Assembly (NCBI GenBank): GCA_030704615.1
Contig: CM060734.1
Span: forward strand, 21,390,001-21,454,000
Reading direction: 5' to 3'
DNA length: 64,000 nucleotides
Source of the DNA: Takakia lepidozioides
Taxonomy: Eukaryota > Plantae > Bryophyta
Shown piece after piece: positions 1 to 12,652 of this stretch. Position 1 is the stretch's first letter, and each line of letters begins with the position of its first letter. The notes beneath the pieces were generated by a model. It saw only the letters and a program-made list of their open reading frames with translations, was not told the origin of the DNA and ran no database searches. The position numbers and the translations under genes were made by a program.

Positions 1-1733
1 TGAAGTAGGGAAAATTAATCCGTACGCTTTCTTTTGGTTCCTTAAAGATGGGTTTCCATTAGGTGTAGTAGCTGTTTGTGTCGTTTTGATATTTAGTTGT
101 TGTGGCTGCTTGTAATGACTGACCAGGAGCTGAATAGGTAGACTATTGTTGTCGTGATTGAACACAAGCTGCAGCTGAAGGGGGGAAACGTGTGGATTTA
201 GTTTTGGCTTCATCATGAATGGCGCATCACCCAGAGTAGCAGCTGTAGCTGTTCTTGTTCTCCTCGATGTTTGAGTGTGGGGAGGTTGGAAGTCATGGAA
301 ACAAGGGGTTAAAGTTTATTTATGGGTCGTGGCAAGTCTGATTATTTTACATACTCGAATGCAGTTGCATTCATTTGTACATGTCTCTTCATTGGTGGCC
401 ATGGCTGCTAACCATCATTCGTGTCAACGAGAGGTTAAGGACACGATGGCGTTGGTGCTCAAAGCAATGAGTGATGCTGCCATGGTTCTTAAAGCGTCGC
501 CTTCCCGTGGGCAAGAAGCTCCTACAGACACCGGTAAATTACCTCCTGCCTCAACTATTGCTAGAAAGAGTCTAGGATCTGCATTTAAAGATGCAGAAGA
601 GGGGGGGGGTCACCTGCTGGGGGCCTTGCCGAGCCACCCAACGCAAAAGTAATTCCGCTCGAGTCCAAGGAGTGCGGTTCAGAACGTGAAGTAGAGGTTG
701 TATAGCTGGAGAGTAGCAAGAAGATGAAGGGAGGAGGCAAGGAAACGGGAGAAGCCCTTACAAAATGCTTTGGGGAAAGTGAAGTGGCATGCGCAATGCC
801 TGGTGGGACACATATAGCGTCTGATGATCCCAGTAAATCCAAAGATTCTGGTTCACAATGTAAGGAAAAGGTTGCAGAGATGGACAACAACAAGAGGGTG
901 AAGGGAGGAGCTAAGGAAAAAGGTAAAAGAAGAGGCGGGGTCCCGGTGAAGTTGAAAGCAGGGCAGACTCTGAACCTTTCCTCATCTGCAACTGCTTTGG
1001 AAAGTCAAGTTGCACAAGGGGAGAGTTATCAGGGAGGAAGGGTAAGGGTGGGGGGGGTGCAAAGAGGAAAATAGGTGGCAGAGCCCAGCAGCTGCCGTCT
1101 GATGGTGGTGAAGATGTCCCCACTCTAGAGGGCACCCACAGTATGGAGAGCAAACATTCCTCACCTGGCAAAGTACACCATTCAGAACAAGAGGTAATAT
1201 TTCTTCCTATCCATCAATTTATTACCTCAACGCATTCCTCTCTTAATGTTGGCTTGAAACAATGGAAAGGTATGTTGGTTGCCTTTGTTGGAGCTCATGG
1301 CAGGTGATGACAACTGATGACATTAGCTTGGATGGTTGCAGCACTGAGAGCCTTGGTAGCTACAAAGGGGGTTGATGTGAACAGTAGCATTTTTGCGCTT
1401 TGTACCATGTTGTCTGACTCATGGGTACGTGTTTTTTTGGGGGCAGAGGTCTGACTTACAATGCAAGGAACTGTGTGATGTACGGCCAACAACCAACCGG
1501 CCTGCAACTTGAAGACATGTCAGTGCTGCTTGGGTTGAGAGTGCCCCATCCGCAGCGGTAATTTGATCTCTCCTTGATGTTTGTAGTTTTCGAACATTGT
1601 GGTTTTATTGCAAGTACGTATTGTGGAGACTAGACTGTTCGTTTCATATGTTGGTGTGATTTGAAGTCTGAACTGTCGATATTTAAACTGCTGGTGTGTT
1701 GGCATGCAATTTAAGAAATGATACAAGGTCTAT

Positions 1734-1973
1734 TTGCGCAGCTTTAAGAAAGCACGTCTGGTTGTTGGTTGGGGCAAGGTTGTTGGGGTTTATGGCAAAG
1801 TGGGCTCGTTGCCAGATGGGTACTATAGTGTTGAAGTTGAAAATGCTATTGAGCCAACACACCTTATACCTTCTTGCAACACCGAGGCTTCTGATAGTGA
1901 GGTCACTTTGGGTGACATGGTAGGCACCACCGTTCTGTGGAACTACAAGTTCCTGAATTCATTCACGAAATGA
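1734..1973 (+). pseudogene. Probable C-terminal fragment of a CACTA TnpA/Tnp1-like accessory protein
   Basis: VVGWGKV..G.LPDGYYSVEV....LIP.....VTLGDMVGTTVLW resembles the C-terminal motif of En/Spm TnpA-type ORFs; by eye only. Confidence 0.35.
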
Positions 1974-3534
1974 TTCCGATGTTCTCTTGACATGTCCACA
2001 ATAGTGCTGGACCTAGCTGAAAAGCAAATTTTCCTTACTCAATGACTTAACCCCTAATGGACGAGGCGACCCGTTTCGGGTCGCGTCAAAAATCATCCAC
2101 GATGGCAAATTGTTGGATGACCTTGGATGAAAAAACTTTCTGAACGAAAGTTGTGCACCTTGATGTCATGCACCTGCCCGTCTTTATGGCAAATTTTTTT
2201 AGTGTGCAGGGGTGCCCAAAATTGGTCGTCCAGCAGCTTTGACTTAGTGACGTGTCAGGCTGAAGGGGTGACAACAAGGCAAAAGTACAAATGGAAACAA
2301 ATGCAAATCTTTGCCTGAATTTTTGTTAGAATTCTGAATTTATTTTTGGAGGTAGTAGTTCATCATTCAAGAAACACTTTCACCGCAACAATTGTGATTC
2401 CAAGGAAATTTCGACCCCCTAAGCCTGAATTACATGTCATTTGAGCTTCATGGTGTGTTTTAACCCCCCTGTTTTTCCATACAAAGCAACCTTATCAAGA
2501 TTTTGGAATTCTGCTTTGAAATTTTGGGGCAACATGCTTTAGGTGCCACATAATTGGAATCTGGATGGGGTCTTGCGAGGAAAAAATATTTTGTCGATCC
2601 AATTTCCTGGTCAAACCATTTTTCCACTCTAAATTTGGAGTGTACCCCAAATTTGGGGCTTGCAAATTTCTTATAATCTTCGAAACGACATGGTGGAATG
2701 AGCTGAAATTTTCACAGAAGTTGGATGAAGTAGGTAGCCTCCCATTCATACGGTTCATCCCTGTGGATGTTAGTTTCCTGAGAGATATACCCTCATCCGT
2801 GAGGGTATGTCCTGTTTTGGAGGGGGCCCACCAAAAACTGCCTCGTCCATTAGGGGTTAACTTGGGTAGTGATCTATGGATATGGCAACATGGGCCCTCA
2901 TGCTCGATGTGGCCAAAACTTGTTTTGCAAAACACTCTTGATATAAGCCAGTTTTGAGCCATCTAAATGTTCCGGGTTCCTGCCATGTATTTGTATTCTA
3001 TGTTTTGTTGTATTTGCAAGATATTTTCAATACAGTGCAGCGAATCAAAAAATTTAAATACAAAACCCACTAATTTACATATATATACATATAAAAAATA
3101 AAAAATAAAAATAAAATAACAGAATCCACAAAAATAAAAACAAACAAATATTAAACAAAAAGCCTCCCTAATTTCAAAATATATTTAAATATATTATATA
3201 TACATAGTTTTAATCTCTATGTATACACCCCAGAGTGAAATATATTTATTAAAATATGTCCTCTTTTATTGCTTCACAGTAAAATACTACATTATACACA
3301 GTCAAGCGAACTCACTATCACTGACTCACAGTCAAACCGTATACTAAAAATCATGGCACACAGTCATTATGTTCCACTGATACAGTCATAGTATAGTAGA
3401 AGATATATACCATGCTACTCCACAGTACTTCACTTTACTATATACAGTAGCCTTCCACGCAAAATAGTAATAATTTCAGTAGTTTGAGTAGACTACAATC
3501 ACTTAAAGTCAAACATGTCATCCCGTACTTTACT

Positions 3535-3770
3535 ACACGTCATACTTCAGTTAAACCACTTTATTTGATGTCCTCACACTGAGGTTAAGCCATTGCACGT
3601 CATACGTCCACGTCATACTTCAGTTAAACTACGTTACTTCACGTCATTCATCCACGTCATACGACTGTAGAACCACTTCACTACACGTCATGCATCCACC
3701 TTATAATTCAGTTAAGCCACTTTACTACACGTCATAGCCACGTCATAGCCACGTCGCATCCACGTCATAC
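3535..3770 (+). repeat. Cluster of ~9 CACGTCAT motifs (likely TE subterminal repeats)
   Basis: CACGTCAT recurs about nine times in ~235 bp, plus a CACGTCGC variant. Confidence 0.75.
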
Positions 3771-4399
3771 TGTACTGCCTACACGTTGCCCCTAGGTTTC
3801 ACTGTCACATTTCACTGTCAGAACCTGGCATCTGGATTCGACTGCTTGACTGAAACAACTTGACCTTTGTCACGCATATTCGACTATGGAGGCTGGGAGT
3901 AAAAATGTCGCAAACGACTAAAAAATGAGTCAAATACAGAGTCAAAAAGCCCAGCTTGTATTGCAGTGCGACTAGGATTTCAATCAGTAGCAACGTAGTA
4001 CATAGACAATGTGGATTTTTGTTGTACCTTGAATTTCTAGAACACACTGATAATACTCCGCCAATTTTGTATATGCACCAATTTTGTTAATACGCATGTG
4101 CGGCACCTGCCAATATCAATTGCATGAACAACGTTTTCTTCACATTTTCACTCATGTGATGGGGAAGAAGTGGTTCACCCTGTAAGCAAATTTACAATGG
4201 TATCATATTTGGTCATGACGTGTATGTGGGTATCTGCAATTAACTCAGAAAGTTTCAGAACAAGGAAAATTGATGTGAACCATTGAACAACATACCCACA
4301 AAGTTCTCGAAGCACAAAATAATTCATGTGGATGGGGAACTATTGACCTCGTATTAGTCCGAGACCTGTGAGACGGTCCATGCCCAAGTTTCAAAGCAA

Positions 4400-4725
4400 A
4401 CAAAAACCATTTGGATGGGCAACCATCCATTGGCCCATTGAACAAATTTCGATTGATCTCATATTACTCTGGGACCTGTCAAATGGTACAATGAACATAC
4501 TGGGAAAGTCTCGAATCGAATCAAAATCATTTGGATGGGCAACCATCCGATGAGCCATTGAACAAATTTCGATTGATCTCATATTACTCTGGGACCTCTT
4601 AGATGGTAGATTGAACATACTGGGAAAGTCTCAAAGTGAACCAAAATCATTTGGATGGGCAACCATCCATTGAGCCATTGAATGAATTTCGATTGATGTC
4701 ATATCAGTCCGGGACCTGTGAGAGG
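4400..4725 (+). repeat. ~120-bp tandem repeat, ~2.7 copies
   Basis: TTGGATGGGCAACCATCC...GAACAAATTTCGATTGAT recurs at 4411, 4531 and 4651. Confidence 0.9.
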
Positions 4726-4964
4726 GTGTACCAAACGTACTGGTGCCGAATTTCCATCCATGGTGGTTTCATCCAGCCCCGTATAGGATGTAAATGCGCC
4801 GCCATCCGCAACAACATCTGCAATTTCTCTTGGCGCAAGCAAGTCCTTCTTGGAAAGCCATATTTTGAGTGAAGGGGATTCTGAACTTCCAATTCTCTGT
4901 CACGCCTGGAGACCATCTTCCATTCGGTGCCCACTTACCATCCCAAAGAATCTTCTAAAGGATA

Positions 4965-5350
4965 TGGGGAAGTCTGTGCCAACTTCCCATCTCAAAATGA
5001 GGCCTGAAGGCCATGTTGAATTTGGTGCCGACTTACCATTCGAAATGTACTTCTTCCACTCATTAGAGAAGTCTGTGCCGACTTCCCGAACCCGCAACAA
5101 CTGTACGGACCATGGAGAAGTCTGTGCAGACTTCCCAAACCCTATACAACTGTGCGGGCCATCGCGAAGGTTGTGCCGACTTGTCATTTTCTGAGTGTCT
5201 TGTCCAGCACACATGTCCAATTCTGCGCCGACTTCCCATATTAAGCCATGTAATTTTCCACGGTTATAGAAACCCCACCTATTACCATGGGTACGTTCAC
5301 GTGGCTGCAACCACGGTTTCCTGCCTGCAAATCGTTGCCGACTTGCGGAA
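4965..5350 (+). repeat. Dispersed GTGCCGACTT-type motif repeats (CACTA-like subterminal region)
   Basis: About seven copies of (AAGTC)TGTGCCGACTT(CCC) variants upstream of the CACTA transposase. Confidence 0.6.
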
Positions 5351-5902
5351 GTGCCAACGCCGCCGAACCTGTCTTGCATGCCGAACCGACAGTTTGTGCT
5401 CTAAGGCGTTTTGGGCCCATAAACACCCCCGAGATTGAGTGTTTTGGAGGGAACATTCTCTAAAAATTCCACTTTATTTTTGGGTGCTCACTGCTCATAG
5501 AAAAACCACCCCCACTGGAAGTCCTGTCCTTCCATTCCATGTTCTACCTCTGGTCTGAACCGTGGTATCTATCCTATCTGAAAGTAATTGCTCTTGCCTC
5601 AAGCATCGCCACCTTCTGTGACTGCACTAGCACTGTTTGATAAACATACTAGAACTGTAACCATCGCCACGGGCAGTCCACTGACACTGAGGACTGTCAC
5701 ATACAATGCAAGGATGAGGGGCAAGAATTGGGTAGGTGTCAAGCAAAGAGGGAAGAACACAGAACCCACATGTGTGAAGACTTTGAATTCACCTTCGGAA
5801 TGATACCAGTAAGGCAGTTACTGCTAGCATCGCTACATTGACCACCAGAAGGACAAGCCATTAAGGTTACCTCATTCCAGTAATCATGGTAGATGATACT
5901 GG

Positions 5903-8253
5903 TTGGGCCTGACATTGGATGGATTGAATCCCTTCTCTGACAAGAGGTCAACTTGGTCTACATGGCCGGTGGTACTTCTAAACTATAACATACCCCCCTG
6001 GCTTACAGTCAAGAAATTCTTCATGATGCTATCACTCATAATTCCTGGCCCTAACAGCGTTGTGAATGAGAACATTGACGTATACCTGCAACCTTTACTT
6101 GAGGAGTTGTTGGAATTATGGGAAGGGGTGCCTTGTGTGGATGCAACTATGACGGGGCTCGGTAACATGCATTTCTGGTTGAGGGCAGTACTAATGTGGA
6201 CAATCCAAGATTTTCTAGCATATGGGCTGATTTCAGGATATTCATGAAGGGCTACAAAGCCTGCCCCCCTTGTGGGCCTGATCTGGACTCAAGGCACTCT
6301 GGGCACTTGAAAAAGCACGTTTACCTTGGCCACCGGCGGTACACTAAGCGCCATCATCCCTACAGAAGGACTGCAACTGCCTTTGATGGCACTATAGAGA
6401 GGCACGACCCCCCTCCTCTTGTAACTCCAGCTGAAATCTTGGAGAGAGCCCTTGAGACACAAAATTATATGGAGATCACAGGTCGGAGCTATGACGATAA
6501 GCGTTGCCTTGCCAAGCGCCATGGTGTGAAGAGGAGATCTTGTTTGTGGGACCTCCCATACTGGAAGGTGAGCAATGAACCAGCCTTGCCTCCCACGTCA
6601 TGCAAGTTGATTATATTATGGTGGATGGGATTTTTTGAGTTGTGTGTTGTGTCTTCATTTATTAGAGTTCTCACATTAGGTTGATCTTTGTGCTTCTTCT
6701 CAACGCAGGACTTGCCTATTCGTCATACACTTGACGTTATGCACTGTGAGAAAAACCTCATAGAGAACGTCATGAAGACAATTTTTGGAGAGAAAGACAC
6801 CTTAGGGGTGCGGAAAGACATGGAGGCAATGCGGATCCGACAACACCTGTGGCCTGTTCAAGAGCCTGGAAGACAGCCTGGGCAAACCAGGGAGGTATTG
6901 CCTGATGCCCCCTATGTTTTCAGTTCATTTGAGATGTTTGCCTTTCTACGGGGATTGGGGACGTTGAAAGTACCAACAGGCTATGCGGGGGCCTTCAAAA
7001 AGCACATGACTAGAAACAAGTTAGGGTCCACGAAGTCCCATGACTACCATGTCATGATGCAACAAATTTTTCCAGTGGTCAATCGCAATCTACTAAAACC
7101 TGGTGTGAGGAAAGCAGTCATGTCTCTTAGCCGCGTGTTCGGAGAGATTTGTGCAAAGGTCTGGGACCCTTCCCGCATCAACAAGCTGAGGGAAGATGCG
7201 GTACTAACCATGTGCATGTTAGAGAAGGAATTCCCCCCTTCCTTCTTTGATGTGATGACCCACCTACCGATTCATTTAGTGGACGAGCTAGACATATGTG
7301 GGCCTGTGGGGACAAGGTGGTGCTATCCCATGGAACGATACATAGGTGACCTCAAGGGGTATGTGCGCAACAAAGCTAGGCCTGAGGGCAGCATGGCGAG
7401 GGGTTACATCATAGATGAAGCACTTGGGTTCTGTACTGAATACCTTGCGCAATACCGCCACAGTAGACGTCGTGTGTGGGACCAAGAGGAGGACCCCGGG
7501 GTAAGTGGGGAGGTGTTACAAGGTAGTGGGCAGAAAAAGGATATTTCACCTTTGTTGAGGGATCTAGCCCATACCTATGTGCTGCCGAACACTGATGTAG
7601 TTGCTCCATACAGGCGAGGCTATGAGGTAGAGAAAGAAATCGCCCTTTTTGAAAGACAGCAGATTCCACCTTTTGAGGAGTGGTTCCAGATAACAGTTGA
7701 CAATCAGGTGAGGGATGGGGTGGATGTGGAAGAAGATGTGAGGCGGCTATCTTTGCAACCGTTATTGACTGTCCAGTCATACAAGGGGATGAAGGCATAT
7801 GGGAACCATTATAGGAAAACATTCAGGGATGGACGTTCGCATGCAACATTTGATTCTGGAGTAAGTTCAGTTTTTGAGCAAGAAGGCAATGCTACAACTG
7901 ATTTGAATCCCACCTTGGCATCTATCAAGTATGTGGGAGTCATTGATGAGATATTGGAATTTAATTACGGAACCTTACACCCTGTTCTGTTCAAGTGTAA
8001 GTGGGTGAAGGCATGCATGACAGGTCGCCATGCATCCATGGTCGTGGATTCTGATGGATTCTTGCGGGTGGATGTTTCACAAACTCTGCCAGAGACTGAG
8101 CAACCATTCATTTACCCCTCGCAAGTGGATCAGGTTTTTTTCTATGATGACGATAACCATCGGCCTCAATGGAAAGTTGTCTTTCAAGAAGACCCACGAG
8201 CTCAACGGACTGTCATGGTACGTGAAGCCGATGAAGTGGTGCAGAGGGAGTGA
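5903..8253 (+). pseudogene. CACTA/En-Spm TnpD-type transposase (Transposase_21/Tnp2, DUF4218, DUF4216), 5'-truncated and frameshifted
   Basis: Motifs LGLTLDGLNPF, WSTWPV.L.NYNIPPW, IDVYLQPLLEEL.ELW, KGY.ACP.C, LPYW, RHTLDVMHCEKN, KSHDYH, FPPSFFDVMTHL..HL, RWCYPMERY, RNKARPEGSMA.GY and LFKC.W. Frameshift near 6243. GT-AG intron 6568-6708 joins WK to DLPIRH in frame. Confidence 0.93.
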
Positions 8254-8469
8254 GGCTGCATTGGGTGCATTGGGTGCATAGGGGGCATTGGGTGCATTTG
8301 GGTGCATTGGGAGGGGGGAGGGGGAGGGGAACATGGCTGCGTTGGGCAGATACTGTGGGTTCAATCCCCACCCATGTCAAGGGCAATCAAATCAGGTGTT
8401 GATGTGCAGGTAGATTTAGGAGAACCTGACATGGCTTGATGTTGTCATAGAGGGCAACTGCTGAGGAGG

Positions 8470-8760
8470 TGGGGATGCGACAATATGAAGCCCAACCACA
8501 TCACGTTTGTTTGTGTTTGCAATGCTCCTGCAAGTCTGGGAGCCCTAGAAAAGGGTAAAGAGGTCCATGGTGACATCGTCAAAGCTGAAATTGTGCCAGA
8601 TGTCGTTCTGAGCACTGCCCTGGTGGACATGTATGCCAAATGTGGGTGCATTAAGGATGCAAAGGGAGTTTTGAACATTATGGCTGAACAAGATGTAGTG
8701 TCATGGAACGCGATGCTTGCAGGGTATGCACAACAGGGGCACGGGATGGAGGCTTTTTGG
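8470..8760 (+). pseudogene. PLS-class PPR gene fragment
   Basis: KPNHITFVCV..A.ASLGALEKGKEVH..IVK.....DVVL.TALVDMYAKCG.I.DA..V...M...DVVSWNAML.GYAQ.G.G.EA matches the plant P/L/S PPR consensus; no surrounding gene. Confidence 0.9.
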
Positions 8761-8964
8761 AGACCTTCTGTGACATGTATGGACGCAGTGGACAGATGAG
8801 GTGGAGCTAGGCAGAAATAAGCGCAAGAGGAGGGCTAGCCCCCCGTGTACATGGTTGTAGGATATCTGTGATAGCGGTGTGGGGTACTTGAGGGGGCATA
8901 CGCCACGAAGGTACTGTTTGGAAAAGGATGTGCCCAGCCATCTCAAGTTTTTTTTGTATTTCAT

Positions 8965-9095
8965 AAATGCCCCTCAGGAAATTCTCACGGAGGCCCATAG
9001 CATCAAAGGTTTCATGGACCTCCTCCAATGTAGAAATGAAATCATCGCCCTCTCCGCTGAAGATGGACTCCATCTTGGCGTCATACTGGCGAGGG
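8965..9095 (-). pseudogene. eIF4A: eIF4A N-terminal fragment
   Basis: RQYDAKM.......DDF.....EVHETFDAMGLRENFLRGIY matches the plant eIF4A N-terminus and breaks off before AYGFEKPS. Confidence 0.85.
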
Positions 9096-9559
9096 GGGCT
9101 GCTATTGAATGAGCGGCATGAGCATGAGCGGAAAAAAAAATAAACATGAGCGGACCATTGTGTGTCCACGGAAATAGGGGTAGGAGGCACGGAAATAGGG
9201 TCATGTGAAGTTGGAATGTGGCACCATTGGACTCGTCATAGCAATGAAATGCAACATTTTATTGCAAATTTTGTGGCGAGCCATATCTATACAACTGTCC
9301 TAACTGTCATAGCCGGAATGGGAACTACTATCCTCCTCTCCTACACCCTTCGAGGAACTTGCCCCACCTGCCTCCTCATCCCCCTCATCCCCTGACATCT
9401 GAGATGCATCACTTCCACTATGCCTCTCAAAAATACCGTCCTCTCCTTGGGGAACTGTCCACCTCACCTCCTGGGAATCTTCTCCCTCTTCTCCCCCACT
9501 TTCCTCAGCAGAATCCAAGACAAATCTACGAGCCTGACGAGCTCTAATAGCTGCTGCCT

Positions 9560-10560
9560 CGGAAATGGCTAAGTCCCAGGGGTGGCCTTGCCCGAATCTG
9601 GAAATGCGGCGCCATTTTTCCAGAGTCGGATACAGGCACTCATGGGACAGCCGTTTTGGGCCCCAACTTGGATATATGGTGCCGAATTTCCAGTCTGGGG
9701 GGCCAAAATGGCTAAGTCCCCGAGTACCTTCCGATGTCATGGGACTTAGCTGTTTTGGGCCCCAAGCATCCATAGGGCGCCGAATTTCCAGTGTGCGGCC
9801 GGAAATGGCCAAGTTCCAGGGGTGGCCTTGCCCGAATCTGAAATGCGGCGCCATTTTTCTAGAGTCGGATACAAGCACTCATGGGACTTAGCCATTTTGG
9901 GCCCCAACCTGGATATATGGCGCCGCCAGTGTGTGGCCAGAGATGGCTAAGTCCCAGGGGTGGCCTTGCCCGAATCTGGAAATGCGGCGCCATTTTTCCA
10001 GAGTCGGATACATGCACTCATACCACAAAAAGTTCGAAAATTAAAACACCTGAGAGGCGATGAGGATTCTGATACAACTGTTTCTTCACCGAATTCTTTT
10101 GACATGGGAGAAGACTATGCAATTCAGATGGCAGAGAAGAAGCGACGGGGGTCTCCTATGCCGGAAAGGTTACCTCGATATCAGCCTCCAGAGGGCCTCA
10201 CTTATCCAGGTAGTGATCAACCATCTCCGTCAACCAGAGACAGACCTTGGGCTCGTACGACACAGCCAACACAGCCGTCACAGTCGTCACAGCAGACACA
10301 GCCGACACAGCCAACACAGCCCGTCACAGTCGACACAGCCAACACAGTCGTCACAGTCGTCACAGCCGACACAGCCAACACAGCCGTCATAGTCGTCACA
10401 GCAGACACAGCCGACACAGCCGGCCCCCACCTAGATATATGGTGCCGAATTTCCAGTCTGGGGGGCCAAAATGGCTAAGTCCCCGAGTAGTTTCCGATGT
10501 CATGGGACTTAGCCGTTTTGGGCCCCAAGCTGGATTTAGGCACTCATGGAACTTAGCCGC
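9560..10560 (+). repeat. Dispersed long GC-rich repeats (probable DNA-transposon subterminal region)
   Basis: ATGGCTAAGTCCCAGGGGTGGCCTTGCCCGAATCTG(G)AAATGCGGCGCCATTTTT at ~9565, ~9806 and ~9943; 9670-9760 is repeated at 10430-10530. Confidence 0.8.
10258..10422 (+). repeat. 9-bp-period minisatellite (CACAGYCGW-type); related tract at 11148-11255
   Basis: Tandem cacagccaa/cacagccgt/cacagtcgt units. Confidence 0.85.
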
Positions 10561-11819
10561 TCATGGGACAACCATTTTCACGCCAAAGAATTGGGCGACA
10601 TAGAAAATGGGTACGAATGTAATAAGAGCCCAGGAGGTTTACCTGTATAGAAGGCACATTGCCGCTTTGTCCGCGTTCGGCTGATAAGAGAACTCGTGAC
10701 TCCTGCGGGCATGCGGCATCTCTCGATAGAATAGGTCGGTTTTGAATGGCAGAAAGTACCTCGTCACATAGTCGGTGAGGTTCTCTGCTCCTGCCACTAT
10801 CTTCAGCTTGAACTGGTGGGCTTGGGTGTCCAGCTGCTCTTGCGCATTTGTGGTGACCTGCGGACAGTCCCCATCAGTCAGCATTCTTCAAGAAATGCCG
10901 GAAATCTACGTGATACAATAGGGGAAGCACCAAAAAAGCTCGAAAATAACCTGAAACACACCATGTCATGCGGTTCATCCAGAGGTCGAATGTGGGGTCG
11001 GACAGTTTGTCAGGTTTTGCGAAGCTCTATATGTCCCGAATACTCTGAGACCCATTCCAGATTTGGAGCCACCGGGTCTGTCGAGCCAACGTGGATATTA
11101 GTAAGCGAAATAAAGTAAGGGAACACATTGTTGCATGAAGAGTCCGGCACAGCCACACAGCCATTCACAGCCCGACACAGCCAAACACAGTCGCACAGCC
11201 AGTCACAGCCCGTCACAGTTTCACACAGCCAGTCACAGCTTGACACAGCTGTCACGATCATAGGGAACGAAAAGTAGGACAGGGAACGACTGTGGGGAAC
11301 AACACCTGCGAAGGGAACATGTTAGTTCACAGACGACGGTTAGTGAGGGAAACGGTTAGAACCGCGGATAGGAAGATAAAGGGAGAAACGGGGAATTGAG
11401 GGACATCATTCGGATGAGGACTTCTTGGTGATAGAGGAGAGGGGATCGGGCAGAGATGAAGAACGGAAGTGAAGATGGAGAGATGATGAGTAGATGCTTG
11501 ATATATGCAAGGCTGTAATGATATTGTAGAGTAGATTAGAGACACAATGGCTTCGGCCTGATACCTGATAAATCATAATCGGATACTTTTACGATACAAT
11601 CACACTGTGTAGAGAGATCTGAGTGAAGCTGTGGAATGAATGGATGAGTTGATGGAATCCAATAGATTGATAAAGCAAACTGATACTTAATTATCAATGG
11701 TAAGATAGTTAACATGAATACCAAAAGGGAAACAAATAGGAAACACCCCCATGATACACTAGCTGTAGGTCATGACTGATTGTTCTGCGCGGGCTGAGTA
11801 CTTAGAGATTTCCAACTCT

Positions 11820-12590
11820 TCAATCTTGGAGTTTCCGCCTCGAATAGCGAAGGGATGGGTGAGTAAAAGCCGCGCAACACACTTCTCTCACCTGCTCATC
11901 AGCTGTGATTGTCCAACCAGTCACCACTTCATCCTGTAAACTCACAGTGGCTGGTTCCTCTAGGATTTCCATTTCTCCTTCTCTTTCTTCATAGAAATGT
12001 GGTGGGTAATTGCTTGTTTCACCTTCAATTGGTGTTGCTGTCACTACACCACAACATATACCTTTTAAACAACTTAGGCCTTCCAGCTGCATCTCTGCAA
12101 CTTGCTCCCACTCTGGGTGTGTAGCGAACAGGGTAGCTTCCTGCTCCTCATCAAGTCCTCCCCTGCAGTCATACTCCCTGACCCTCGAGGTCTTCTCGTA
12201 GCAGGTAATCTACTAGATTTCTTAGTGGTAATTTGTATCTTGTGCATCCCATCATGCACAATTAGTAACTGGGAATTCCAGTCATGGAATACCTTGGCCT
12301 GTTTCAGCCACGGACGTCCCAACAATAAGGAGTAAGCTTCCATGACTTCATCCATTTTTAACACAGATACTGTGATCATAAATATCATCTTTTGAATCTG
12401 TATCTTAACTCCTCTTATCAATCCCAGTGGCTGTACACTTCTTTGATCTGCCATTGTTACTGTAAATGGGGCTCGCTTCATGTTACTTAGACCAAGCTTC
12501 TGCCTTAATTGGTCTGTCATGATATTCACTCCAGAGCCTCCATCTATCAGTACATCAGTTAGTTCTGTGCTACCAATTCTCCAAGTGGTG
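11820..12590 (-). mobile_element. Ty3/Gypsy fragment (aspartic protease region), same lineage as the element at 51852-64000
   Basis: DVLIDGGSGVNIMT..L..KLGL....APFTV.MADQ..VQPLG.IR...YSLLLGRPWL.QA...HDW closely parallels 60600-61020. Confidence 0.85.
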
Positions 12591-12652
12591 GCCCCTGAGC
12601 ATTCCCTGCTACTGGCCCCACGATATTCAAAGTATTCCCAGCTCCAGTTGCA

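Noticed and set aside
5790-5840. DASSNCLTGIIP as a captured LRR fragment
   Set aside because: Single short motif, could be chance.
9960-10478. QPT/SRH-repeat ORFs as real repetitive proteins
   Set aside because: All frames are open simply because of a 9-bp minisatellite embedded in TE repeats.
11320-11758. Candidate LTR (TGTTAG...GATACA) next to the Gypsy protease fragment
   Set aside because: No second copy, TSD, PPT or PBS visible; cannot be supported.
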